DNA of 64,000 nucleotides from the NCBI GenBank assembly GCA_965208615.1, contig CBDBPB010000007.1, positions 128,001-192,000 on the forward strand. The letters are read 5' to 3'. A program made the position numbers and the translations under genes. This document shows positions 32,444 through 41,354 of this stretch, one piece after another (the stretch's first letter is position 1; the number at the start of each line of letters is the position of its first letter). The notes below the pieces were generated by a model. It did no database searches, was not told the DNA's origin, and was given only the letters and a program-made list of their open reading frames with translations. The stretch comes from Spirochaetota bacterium (GTDB lineage Bacteria; Spirochaetota; UBA6919; CBDBPB01).

Positions 32444-33616
32444 TTAACTAAGTTTTGGCATTGCATACATTGCATCAAATGTCATACTCTCAATATGACT
32501 ATTTTCATAAAGCTTAAAAGTTCCCTCTAGCTTACCCTTTATGATAAGTTCAGCCAGGTCAGCCACTGTCGTATTAGGGTTGTCAATAGCAGGTATATCA
32601 ATTTCATAACCATTAATCTCATCCCTACCCATCATACCGTCTAATGCAGTCTCCATTTTAAGCTTTAGATTTAGGATACCAGCTTTAGAACCAGCTACTA
32701 ACTTTGAACTTCCCTGATTAGACCTCAAAAATGGGAATACTGCATTATGTATTACTCTTAATGCCTTATCCATAACCCGTCCTGAGCTAATCTTTCTGAA
32801 ATCGCTTTTTGGCGGAGCCTTTAATAAACCAATACCAAAAAATGGATATTTACCAGCGGCTTCTCCATCTTCATAATAAAGACTGTTAAAGTTTTTATCA
32901 GTAAGAGCACTGTGATTATCTCTTATAACGCTGTCCCAGTCTTCAATACTAATTACGTCGTCTTGAGGGAATGCACCTGTCCATCCAATACTCTCTTGTA
33001 CCTTAGCCCTGCTTAGCGTTGCAAGAGCATGATTAGCAACACTAGTAGTCTCATTTAGTGTTTTTGACTTAACATCTTGATAGAATAAGGCTATATTCTT
33101 ACTATCAAGGCCGGCAAGATCTTTTAGCTTATCAATATTATCTTTACTCTCCACTTTATCCACACTAGCAATAGCCCTAACCCAACGCTTAGATTGACGC
33201 ATTTCCTTTATTTTAGTGTCTAGGGTTTTAAAAAAACTAGTGTCTATCTTAGGAATACTGGAATCAATAATAGGGTCTACAATGTGTATTATCCTAACTT
33301 CCTTAGCACTTTCATCATCTTTAACGGCTTTCAATGCATTAATTAAACTACCAGTATTTAGTTCATTACCCTCTAACCTAACACAATATAAGGTTGACCC
33401 CCCTAATGCAAAGTGCAATAAACATGATTTGTGTAGTGAACTATCTTTTCCATAAAGCTTTTCTGCATAGGATGCAGAAGTAACTTTTTCAACTTTACTA
33501 GTAGTAGTGTCTCCATTGTTTGCAGTACCAATCTTAGCAAAGATATTATCAGCACCTGCCACTAATGAATTACGATCACTTTCTTTAACTACAAATTTAA
33601 TTTTACTATCACTCAT
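32444..33616 (-). CDS. Tail sheath protein (DUF2586-like)
   Basis: ~390 aa; VQESIGW and SDFRKISSGRVMDKALR sheath motifs; RBS AGGAGG before ATG 33616. Confidence 0.8.
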   Translation of the reverse strand: MSDSKIKFVVKESDRNSLVAGADNIFAKIGTANNGDTTTSKVEKVTSASYAEKLYGKDSSLHKSCLLHFALGGSTLYCVRLEGNELNTGSLINALKAVKDDESAKEVRIIHIVDPIIDSSIPKIDTSFFKTLDTKIKEMRQSKRWVRAIASVDKVESKDNIDKLKDLAGLDSKNIALFYQDVKSKTLNETTSVANHALATLSRAKVQESIGWTGAFPQDDVISIEDWDSVIRDNHSALTDKNFNSLYYEDGEAAGKYPFFGIGLLKAPPKSDFRKISSGRVMDKALRVIHNAVFPFLRSNQGSSKLVAGSKAGILNLKLKMETALDGMMGRDEINGYEIDIPAIDNPNTTVADLAELIIKGKLEGTFKLYENSHIESMTFDAMYAMPKLS

Positions 33617-33738
33617 ACTTACCTCCTTTTGTTGAGTCATAATTAAACTTTAGATTTCTTTTCATTTTTCCTCCTGTCCACAAAATGGACTATCTATTAT
33701 TATTTTTTTAAAACGAACATTATCTGTTTTAAAACCTT

Positions 33739-34389
33739 TTACGAACTATCTTTCTTTTCATCTTTCAGGACTATTTCAAGTTTTTCCACAAGATGTATTG
33801 TCTCTTTTTCGTATATCCCTGTTTTGATAGCAAAATCCAGGATAATTTCTGTATGGCTTTTTGGAACTTCATTAGCCTTATCAGGTCTTTTTGTGTAGTG
33901 GTGATAATATCCGTGGAAGTCCCTATTACGGGTTATCGATATTATATCATAGTACCTAACTGTGCCGCTTTCTCTTTTGTGATAGGTTTTATTGTCGTGT
34001 TTTCTTTCGTATCTTAGGGATGGCGTTATATTTTCAGTAATCCTGCCTATGGTATTAGGTTCACCATATCGGTTATATAGAGCGCTGAAAAGCTTGTATA
34101 GAATATCGTCGTAGTCCTTATCTTTATTTATAATCAGCCTCAGCCTTAGGTTGTATAGAACTTCTAAAACTTGCTTTTCTACAAACTGATATTTTTTATC
34201 ATCGTCAATATCTTCAATACTTATGGGTCTAGTTTTTTGTTTAACTTTGCCATAAACGTTTAGGAACTCGGCCAAAGGACTTTTGAGATTATCATTAGAC
34301 CAATTATCCTGTTCGTGATAAAAAACATTTGCGTCTGTAAAGCCTATTTTAGTTAGCTTTTCTTTGATTAACTTTTTAACAGCCTGCAT
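33739..34389 (-). CDS. Putative tail terminator/completion protein
   Basis: First gene of the tail operon, upstream of the sheath; RBS AGGAG. Confidence 0.45.
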   Translation of the reverse strand: MQAVKKLIKEKLTKIGFTDANVFYHEQDNWSNDNLKSPLAEFLNVYGKVKQKTRPISIEDIDDDKKYQFVEKQVLEVLYNLRLRLIINKDKDYDDILYKLFSALYNRYGEPNTIGRITENITPSLRYERKHDNKTYHKRESGTVRYYDIISITRNRDFHGYYHHYTKRPDKANEVPKSHTEIILDFAIKTGIYEKETIHLVEKLEIVLKDEKKDSS

Positions 34390-34411
34390 ATTTTACTCCT
34401 ATTACAAAAAA

Positions 34412-34487
34412 AGTTAATACCTAAACTCTATTAGGCAAGGACAGTTATGCTATATATGCTATTTGTGCTACCTATCTGAAAAAAGTT
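34412..34487 (-). promoter_or_regulatory. Late promoter with 9-bp repeats for the sheath/tube operon
   Basis: TAGCACAAA-TAGCATATA-TAGCATAA, then TTGCCT-N16-TAACTT. Confidence 0.6.
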
Positions 34488-34703
34488 AGGAAAAAGCTGG
34501 GTATTCCATGAAAAACCTTGACTGACACAATAATGCTGAGGGTTTGGATAAAAAAATATTTTTATTTTAGCCAGAAATTGTATACCGAGAATATAAAAAA
34601 ACTAATTATTAAACAATTGCTATCTAGTTTGGCTATATGATATTATCTTTTAAAAAGAGAAGTAACTAGTCAAATCCAGCAAGTTGAGATTACTGACGTT
34701 AAA

Positions 34704-34943
34704 ATGGAAAAGCTTAAAAATGAGATAACTGGTGCTGAATCAAGGCTGAGAGTGGAGTTAAAAGCAGTCGAAAATAAAATATTAGCTGTGGAAAATAAGC
34801 TTGACAGTAAAATATCAGATGTCGAAAATAGACTTGATAATAAGATTAGTAAACTGGAAGGCATGATGAAGGTTGTTATAACGATAACATCGGCTACAGC
34901 AATAGGAATTGTCATGCTAATGCTTAAGGATATTTTTAAATAG
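34704..34943 (+). CDS. Bdr/DUF1640-like coiled-coil membrane protein, copy 1 (5'-truncated)
   Basis: Lacks the MITDDLRQE start and RBS; otherwise matches the other copies. Confidence 0.55.
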   Translation: MEKLKNEITGAESRLRVELKAVENKILAVENKLDSKISDVENRLDNKISKLEGMMKVVITITSATAIGIVMLMLKDIFK

Positions 34944-34980
34944 CCCGCTTGACAGTGCTATACCTCAAAAGGAGAGAAAT

Positions 34981-35301
34981 ATGATAACGGATGACCTAAG
35001 ACAGGAGATAAAAAGAGAAGTAACTAGTCAAATCCAGCAAGTTGAGATTACTGACGTTAAAATGGAAAAGCTTAAAAATGAGATAACTGGTGCTGAATCA
35101 AGGCTGAGAGTGGAGTTAAAAGCAGTCGAAAATAAAATATTAGCTGTGGAAAATAAGCTTGACAGTAAAATATCAGACGTGGAAAATAGACTTGATAATA
35201 AGATTAGTAAGCTGGAAGGCATGATGAAGGTTATTATAACGATAACATCGGCTACAGCAATAGGAATTGTCATGCTAATGCTTAAGGATATTTTTAAATA
35301 G
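34981..35301 (+). CDS. Bdr/DUF1640-like protein, copy 2
   Basis: KISDVENKLD repeats, C-terminal TM, RBS AAGGAG. Confidence 0.8.
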   Translation: MITDDLRQEIKREVTSQIQQVEITDVKMEKLKNEITGAESRLRVELKAVENKILAVENKLDSKISDVENRLDNKISKLEGMMKVIITITSATAIGIVMLMLKDIFK

Positions 35302-35338
35302 CCCGCTTGACAGTGCTATACCTCAAAAGGAGAGAAAT

Positions 35339-35659
35339 ATGATAACGGATGACCTAAGACAGGAGATAAAAAGAGAAGTAACTAGTCAAATCCAGCAAGT
35401 TGAGATTACTGACGTTAAAATGGAAAAGCTTAAAAATGAGATAACTGGTGCTGAATCAAGGCTGAGAGTGGAGTTAAAAGCAGTCGAAAATAAAATATTA
35501 GCTGTGGAAAATAAGCTTGACAGTAAAATATCAGATGTCGAAAATAGACTTGATAATAAGATTAGTAAACTGGAAGGCATGATGAAGGTTGTTATAACGA
35601 TAACATCGGCTACAGCAATAGGAATTGTCATGTTAATGCTTAAGGATATTTTTAAATAG
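35339..35659 (+). CDS. Bdr/DUF1640-like protein, copy 3
   Basis: As copy 2. Confidence 0.8.
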   Translation: MITDDLRQEIKREVTSQIQQVEITDVKMEKLKNEITGAESRLRVELKAVENKILAVENKLDSKISDVENRLDNKISKLEGMMKVVITITSATAIGIVMLMLKDIFK

Positions 35660-35696
35660 CCCGTTTAGCAGTGCTATACCTCAAAAGGAGAGAAAT

Positions 35697-35963
35697 ATGA
35701 TAACGGATGACCTAAGACAGGAGATAAAAAGAGAAGTAACTAGTCAAATCCAGCAAGTTGAGATTACTGACGTTAAAATGGAAAAGCTTAAAAACGAGAT
35801 AACTGGTGCTGAATCGAGGCTGAGGCTGGAGTTAAAAGAAGTGGAAAATAGACTTGATAATAAGATTAGTAAACTGGAAGGTATGATGAAGGTTATTATA
35901 ACGATAACATCGGCTACAGCAATAGGAATTGTCATGTTAATGCTTAAGGATATTTTTAAATAG
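35697..35963 (+). CDS. Bdr/DUF1640-like protein, copy 4 (shortest full copy, 88 aa)
   Basis: As copy 2, fewer repeats. Confidence 0.8.
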   Translation: MITDDLRQEIKREVTSQIQQVEITDVKMEKLKNEITGAESRLRLELKEVENRLDNKISKLEGMMKVIITITSATAIGIVMLMLKDIFK

Positions 35964-36000
35964 CCCGCTTAGCAGTGCTATACCTCAAAAGGAGAGAAAT

Positions 36001-36366
36001 ATGATAACGGATGACCTAAGACAGGAGATAAAAAGAGAAGTAACTAGTCAAATCCAGCAGTCTGAGATTACTGACGTTAAAATGGAAAAGCTTAAAAATG
36101 AGATAACTGGTGCTGAATCAAGGCTGAGAGTGGAGTTAAAAGCAGTCGAAAATAGACTTGATAATAAAATATCAGACGTGGAAAATAGACTTGACAGTAA
36201 AATATCAGACGTGGAAAATAAGCTTGATAATAAAATATCAGACGTGGAAAACAGGCTTGATAATAAGATTAGTAAGCTGGAAGGTATGATGAAGGTTATT
36301 ATAACGATAACATCGGCTACAGCAATAGGAATTGTCATGTTAATGCTTAAGGATATTTTTAAATAG
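36001..36366 (+). CDS. Bdr/DUF1640-like protein, copy 5 (121 aa)
   Basis: As copy 2, more repeats. Confidence 0.8.
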   Translation: MITDDLRQEIKREVTSQIQQSEITDVKMEKLKNEITGAESRLRVELKAVENRLDNKISDVENRLDSKISDVENKLDNKISDVENRLDNKISKLEGMMKVIITITSATAIGIVMLMLKDIFK

Positions 36367-36403
36367 CCCGCTTAGCAGTGCTATACCTCAAAAGGAGAGA
36401 AAT

Positions 36404-36757
36404 ATGATAACGGATGACCTAAGACAGGAGATAAAAAGAGAAGTAACTAGTCAAATCCAGCAAGTTGAGATTACTGACGTTAAAATGGAAAAGCTTAAAA
36501 ATGAGATAACTGGTGCTGAATCAAGGCTGAGAGTGGAGTTAAAAGCAGTCGAAAATAAAATATTAGCTGTGGAAAATAGACTTGACAGTAAAATATCAGA
36601 CGTGGAAAATAAGCTTGATAGTAAAATATCAGATGTCGAAAATAGACTTGATAATAAGATTAGTAAACTGGAAGGTATGATGAAGGTTATTATAACGATA
36701 ACATCGGCTACAGCAATAGGAATTGTCATGTTAATGCTTAAGGATATTTTTAAATAG
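36404..36757 (+). CDS. Bdr/DUF1640-like protein, copy 6 (117 aa)
   Basis: As copy 2. Confidence 0.8.
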   Translation: MITDDLRQEIKREVTSQIQQVEITDVKMEKLKNEITGAESRLRVELKAVENKILAVENRLDSKISDVENKLDSKISDVENRLDNKISKLEGMMKVIITITSATAIGIVMLMLKDIFK

Positions 36758-36794
36758 CCCGCTTGACAGTGCTATACCTCAAAAGGAGAGAAAT

Positions 36795-37193
36795 ATGATA
36801 ACGGATGACCTAAGACAGGAGATAAAAAGAGAAGTAACTAGTCAAATCCAGCAGTCTGAGATTACGGATGTTAAAATGGAAAAGCTTAAAAATGAGATAA
36901 CTGGTGCTGAATCGAGGCTGAGAGTGGAGTTAAAAGAAGTCGAAAATAGACTTGATAATAAAATATCAGATGTCGAAAATAAGCTTGGCAGTAAAATATC
37001 AGATGTCGAAAATAAGCTTGACAGTAAAATATCAGATGTCGAAAATAAGCTTGACAGTAAAATATCAGATGTCGAAAATAGACTTGATAATAAGATTAGT
37101 AAACTGGAAGGTATGATGAAGGTTATTATAACGATAACATCGGCTACAGCGATAGGAATTGTCATGCTAATGCTTAAGGATATTTTTAAATAG
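36795..37193 (+). CDS. Bdr/DUF1640-like protein, copy 7 (132 aa)
   Basis: As copy 2, most repeats. Confidence 0.8.
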   Translation: MITDDLRQEIKREVTSQIQQSEITDVKMEKLKNEITGAESRLRVELKEVENRLDNKISDVENKLGSKISDVENKLDSKISDVENKLDSKISDVENRLDNKISKLEGMMKVIITITSATAIGIVMLMLKDIFK

Positions 37194-37227
37194 TACTATG
37201 AGCCTGCATTAAACCTGTAAATACATA

Positions 37228-37740
37228 TTATAAACTATATCCAATGCCGACTAACCAATAAAAATCCCCTTTATGTTTATATATATACTCATATCCCCCT
37301 GTCAGGAAGAAGTTAAAGCTTTTCAAAGCCTTAAAAGGACTAATACGTACAGAGGCCTCTGTTCTAAGTTTGTCATTGCTTACTCCAAAATTAATGGACA
37401 TGCTTATCCATTTGTGAGCAAACTTTTTATTTCTTAACTTTTCGTATTCCTTTATCCAAAAGGTTTGCTTATCCAGACTGTTGTTTAGCTTAGTCCTTAC
37501 AGCAATAAGCTCATTAGTAATCTCTATACTCTGCTTTAGCAAAGCCTTATACCTTTTTCTGAGATTATAATTAACCTGCCTTAGCTCTATTATAACCCTA
37601 TTGGCATCCTCAAGTCCTTTATACAGGTCTATAGCGGCCTTTTTGTGATTGTTTTCATTATTTGCCTGTGCTATAGTGCTTATAACGCTCAAGGAGATTA
37701 TTAATATCCACTTTAGAGCGAACTTTTTTATTTTTCTCAA
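37228..37740 (-). CDS. Exported coiled-coil protein with C-terminal beta strands (u-spanin/OM-anchor-like)
   Basis: Signal peptide, long helix, amphipathic strands ending LVGIGYSL; last gene of the lysis operon. Confidence 0.45.
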   Translation of the reverse strand: MRKIKKFALKWILIISLSVISTIAQANNENNHKKAAIDLYKGLEDANRVIIELRQVNYNLRKRYKALLKQSIEITNELIAVRTKLNNSLDKQTFWIKEYEKLRNKKFAHKWISMSINFGVSNDKLRTEASVRISPFKALKSFNFFLTGGYEYIYKHKGDFYWLVGIGYSL

Positions 37741-37939
37741 ACTCTATTTCCTCTTTTTTAAGTTCATTTAGCTTTATTTTAATGGTTTTGATTTTTGAGT
37801 TATTATCTTTTTTATTTTTTTTAATTTCTTTTTTTCTTTCTATAAGATTATGCCAATTTAACTGGCTGTTCTTGTTTACCATAAAGAAAATAGCAATAGC
37901 TATTATAATAGCTATTGCGATAATTATAAGTTTTTTCAT
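37658..37939 (-). CDS. Membrane-anchored coiled-coil protein (i-spanin-like)
   Basis: N-terminal TM plus Lys-rich helix, in the lysis operon. Confidence 0.45.
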   Translation of the reverse strand: MKKLIIIAIAIIIAIAIFFMVNKNSQLNWHNLIERKKEIKKNKKDNNSKIKTIKIKLNELKKEEIEFEKNKKVRSKVDINNLLERYKHYSTGK

Positions 37940-37954
37940 TGTACTAGCCTATTG

Positions 37955-38062
37955 TTATCCAGCGTATAGTAATAGTACAGCTAAACAAATAGCACCTATG
38001 GTAAGGGCTATTATTTTCCAATGTTTAGCTAGTTGACCAAGTATTGTCTTGACGCTTGTCAT
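37955..38062 (-). CDS. 35-aa single-TM peptide (not in the ORF track)
   Basis: MTSVKTILGQLAKHWKIIALTIGAICLAVLLLYAG; RBS AAGGAG. Confidence 0.5.
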   Translation of the reverse strand: MTSVKTILGQLAKHWKIIALTIGAICLAVLLLYAG

Positions 38063-38318
38063 AGTTTTTACTCCTTAAATTAAAAGTTAGATTTTCTATA
38101 AAACTATCCTTATTCTTCATAGAGAATTTTCTTAGATAGAAGTCGAAAAACTCGAAAGAACCATCTTTATCCGCAGAAAAATATTTACTATTATTCTTCC
38201 AGACATCTTTTTCATGACCCCCGAATTCTGACCACTTTTTTATTAGAGTGTTCTTAGCTTTTTTGAGATTTTCATTGTACCACAAAAATTCACTTTTAAA
38301 GCTTAATTTTTTAGCCAT
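38025..38318 (-). CDS. Hypothetical phage protein
   Basis: ORF abutting the upstream gene; RBS GAGG. Confidence 0.5.
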   Translation of the reverse strand: MAKKLSFKSEFLWYNENLKKAKNTLIKKWSEFGGHEKDVWKNNSKYFSADKDGSFEFFDFYLRKFSMKNKDSFIENLTFNLRSKNYDKRQDNTWSTS

Positions 38319-38741
38319 TTATAACCACCTCATAGTTTTTCTATCCTTATATTTTAGTGATGACCCAGAAGTTAGACCAGTTGGTTTAACATTAGTTCCG
38401 AGTTTTGATGTATAAGCTGTCATAAAGTATGTTAAAAACAGCAAATACGTACTCACTGACCTACCGAGGGAGCTTTCCAGTTGTTTAGCTCTATCTTGCC
38501 AAGATTTCAGCTGTTCCTTAGTTATTTTAAGCTCATCCCATTTTTTAACTACGATAGAAAAGGCAATTTGGATGTTCTTATGCCTAATGTCGTTCATTTT
38601 AGTTTTGGTGTATTTTCTAATGTATACGTTACTTCTAAGGATAGAGTCGTCAACCATCTCTTTTTTAGTTTTTACGTATACGATATTCCCCACTCTACCG
38701 CTTATAGCAGAGACTGGGTAAGCTAATTGTATTTTAGCCAT
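38319..38741 (-). CDS. Hypothetical basic phage protein
   Basis: MAKI...ISGRVGNIVY motif; RBS AGGAGG. Confidence 0.6.
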   Translation of the reverse strand: MAKIQLAYPVSAISGRVGNIVYVKTKKEMVDDSILRSNVYIRKYTKTKMNDIRHKNIQIAFSIVVKKWDELKITKEQLKSWQDRAKQLESSLGRSVSTYLLFLTYFMTAYTSKLGTNVKPTGLTSGSSLKYKDRKTMRWL

Positions 38742-38919
38742 ATATATCCTCCTATATTTTTTTTAGAATAACCTTTTTATAAGGTTATTAAGATCCTTAT
38801 TTAATAAGGCAGTGTTAAGTTTTTTAGTCTTACTGGGATATCGTCTAATATATAGTTTATTTTTTCTATTTACTAGTACGAACTTTCTTATATCGTTTTT
38901 GTTGAATGCAAACTCTATA

Positions 38920-39132
38920 CTAGCCATTATTGCTGTCCCTATTATCTAAATAGCTGTTTAATCCGTTGTGAGCCACATTACCCACGATATAACTAGCGCC
39001 AATGACCTCCACAACATCCACCCAGTTATCGCTATTTATTATATTATTCATAAGCAGTATGGTAGCGGATATTATAATTATAATAGTTACAATGAACTTT
39101 CTGCTTATGATAGAGCCAATTTTTTTATTCAT
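38920..39132 (-). CDS. Putative holin
   Basis: 70 aa, two TMs, SRKF motif, adjacent to the endolysin. Confidence 0.65.
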   Translation of the reverse strand: MNKKIGSIISRKFIVTIIIIISATILLMNNIINSDNWVDVVEVIGASYIVGNVAHNGLNSYLDNRDSNNG

Positions 39133-39590
39133 AGATAATTATTAGGCATAATGCCTTCCCAGAGTTTATAAGACCTCTTATTTTTTATGGGATAGCTTAC
39201 CATTAAGACTTTCCCGCCATAATCTTTATAATTTCTGTCTATGTGGAACCAAGGAATGCCGTCTATTCTGCCATTCCACTCCATAATAACTCTAAAACCG
39301 TTATTGGTGCTGAATTGGAACCAGTTCATAGATAATTTATATAATTTTATATTGTCCTCATAGAATTGTATATCTATAGCCTTACCCAGCCCGTGCGACC
39401 CCTTATCCTTTGGCCTATAGGTGCTATTAATCCTAATAGGTTCTTTTATGTATGACCTCAATTTTTGTATTAGTTCCATAGTGTGTATGAGGTTTCTTTT
39501 AATTTTGCCTGGCAGTTCCAGCCAATTATACGGGCAGTCATCAAGATTAGGGTTAACTATTTCGTTTATGGTAAAGTTAGTCCAATTCAT
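39129..39590 (-). CDS. Endolysin, peptidase M15 family
   Basis: INSTYR, SHGLGKAIDI and WFHID zinc-peptidase motifs. Confidence 0.85.
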   Translation of the reverse strand: MNWTNFTINEIVNPNLDDCPYNWLELPGKIKRNLIHTMELIQKLRSYIKEPIRINSTYRPKDKGSHGLGKAIDIQFYEDNIKLYKLSMNWFQFSTNNGFRVIMEWNGRIDGIPWFHIDRNYKDYGGKVLMVSYPIKNKRSYKLWEGIMPNNYL

Positions 39591-39874
39591 TTAAGAGCCT
39601 CTTTTGCGAACCATGCAATAAGTGCTAAACAGCCGGTTAACAATCCCCCTAATACTATTTCCATAATGCGTTTCCCCGCAGTCCTTGTATTAGTAAGGGT
39701 ATTAAGAGCTATACTATGTTCGTCGAGTTTTTTAAGAATTTCGTTATCAGTTATTTTTTGCTCGTTTACAGCCAGTTTAACATATTGCAAATCTTTTTTA
39801 ATTTCAGTTTGTCCAATTTGTAATAGTTTTATATCTTTTTCAGCTTCTTTTAGCCTTTCTTCAGGATCAGTCAT
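39587..39874 (-). CDS. XhlA-like coiled-coil + C-terminal TM lysis-associated protein
   Basis: ERLKEAEKDI helix, C-terminal TM, first gene of the lysis operon. Confidence 0.55.
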   Translation of the reverse strand: MTDPEERLKEAEKDIKLLQIGQTEIKKDLQYVKLAVNEQKITDNEILKKLDEHSIALNTLTNTRTAGKRIMEIVLGGLLTGCLALIAWFAKEALK

Positions 39875-39911
39875 TTTGGAACCTTTATTTTTAAATATTT
39901 TTTACTATTGC

Positions 39912-39985
39912 AAATATATGTTCAGAAAAGCAATACGGCAAGTCTAAGAATGCTATAACTGCTATAAATGCTATTAGTGTTATTC
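39912..39985 (-). promoter_or_regulatory. Lysis operon promoter with degenerate 9-bp repeats
   Basis: tgctataac-tgctataaa-tgctattag on the plus strand; TTGCCG-N17-TATATT on the minus strand. Confidence 0.5.
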
Positions 39986-40053
39986 TTTTTTAAAAAAGCC
40001 ATTATTTTACGGAATAGCTATAAGATAACTATTGGCATTTCGTTAATTCATTT

Positions 40054-40239
40054 ATGGCAAACAAAAAGGAACTTTTAACAATAAAAGAGGCAGAGCTGAA
40101 GTACAGGATAGGGCGTAATACTTTATACAGTCTATATGAAGATGGGCTGATTAAGGGTTATAAGCCGGGCAAAAAGAAGATTTTTCTTTATAAGGATAGC
40201 ATAGAAAAATATTTGTTAGGCAAGTCGAACATAAATTGA
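40054..40239 (+). CDS. Excisionase/MerR-like HTH_17 DNA-binding protein
   Basis: LLTIKEA...IGRNTLY.L...G.I.G.K.G. Confidence 0.8.
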   Translation: MANKKELLTIKEAELKYRIGRNTLYSLYEDGLIKGYKPGKKKIFLYKDSIEKYLLGKSNIN

Positions 40240-40324
40240 CAATAGTTGTCATTTTCTTCATTTTTTTATTACGAATCTTTTTCTTAAAGATTCGTATATA
40301 AGCTAGTTAAACTTTATTTTTTAA

Positions 40325-40358
40325 TAAAGCCCCTCTATATAGAGGGGTTTTATTTTAT
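40325..40358 (+). terminator. Rho-independent terminator (possibly bidirectional)
   Basis: aaagcccctct-atat-agaggggtttt followed by a T-rich tract; between convergent genes. Confidence 0.65.
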
Positions 40359-40612
40359 TAAGGAAAGTATAAATTGTTAATTACAAGGCATTTATAATAT
40401 ATACTTTATAGCAGTTATGCAAAAACAGCTCTCACTCTTTAGAGCAGGAGTTTAATCAAAAAGACAAAAAAACTAAAGAAATCATTTTTATATAAACAAG
40501 CAAATTTACAGCCGTATTCTTTCAAAAAATAGCTCCCTCTCCCAGAGGATTAGGAGCTTATGTGTCAAGTAATGCAGAGTTTTTTTTATAAATTTAGTAA
40601 TATTTCTAACTG

Positions 40613-41041
40613 CTAAGCGAGTTTTAGCATTACATCTATTTGTTTTTTATCGGCATTTTGTTCTTCTTTTTTATAGTGTAGAAAAAGGTTTACAATTTGC
40701 TCAGCCTTTTTCATTGGATCAATTTTAGCATTTAATTCTACGCATGCTTTTTCGGATAAATATATAATTTCAGTGAGTAAATCTATATCATTATTGTCAA
40801 TTTCATTATTTTCTTCATTGACAGCAAACATGGTACCAGAGCCAGTTAGGAGCCAATTTATACTTACGTTATATGTTTTTATGAGGTCAGCAAGCTGATG
40901 GAAGTTTAAGACACTTTCTCCACGTTCAACTCTGCTCAAGAAAGTCTGTTTTACCTTTATAGCATTGGCAACTTCTTCTTGTTTTATGTTTAGCATTTTT
41001 CTAAAATATTTAATTCTGTATCCTGGGTTCATACTATGCAC
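40613..41041 (-). CDS. XRE/CI-like phage repressor
   Basis: RIKYFRK...QEEVA...QTFLSRVERG...NVSINWLLTGSG. Confidence 0.9.
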   Translation of the reverse strand: MHSMNPGYRIKYFRKMLNIKQEEVANAIKVKQTFLSRVERGESVLNFHQLADLIKTYNVSINWLLTGSGTMFAVNEENNEIDNNDIDLLTEIIYLSEKACVELNAKIDPMKKAEQIVNLFLHYKKEEQNADKKQIDVMLKLA

Positions 41042-41080
41042 TCAAAATGTAAAAAAAAAAGAATTTATACACAAAATCCC

Positions 41081-41140
41081 TTGACTTTTAGAACTTAAAG
41101 TTATATATTAACAACTTCTTAAGCTTTAGAAATTTAAGGT
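41081..41140 (+). promoter_or_regulatory. Rightward early promoter with candidate operators
   Basis: TTGACT-N17-TATATT; near-palindromes CTTTTAGAACTTAAAG and CTTTAGAAATTTAAG. Confidence 0.55.
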
Positions 41141-41354
41141 CTAAAATAACTTCTCATTATGTAATCTAATTCTCATTATGTAATGTAACCTAATATGCCA
41201 GAAAAGCAAGTTATTTTTTTTAAAAATAAAATATGGAGGTTATATGAGTTTTTATAGCTATAAAAAATATAAGAATACAAAGGGCAAAAAGTGTATTAAC
41301 CATAAGATATTACTAATTTTAATCATGCTTGTAATCTAATATATTTTTTTAACC

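Larger units (their letters stand above)
34651..37193 (+). repeat. Tandem array of 7 near-identical gene units (~304-403 bp) with internal 33-bp repeats
   Basis: ATGs at 34981, 35339, 35697, 36001, 36404, 36795; near-identical spacer cccgct....cagtgctatacctcaaaaggagagaaat. Confidence 0.95.

Noticed and set aside
34651-37193. Possible CRISPR array or integron cassette array
   Set aside because: Units are whole near-identical genes with no unique spacers, no attC-like palindromes, and no cas or integrase genes
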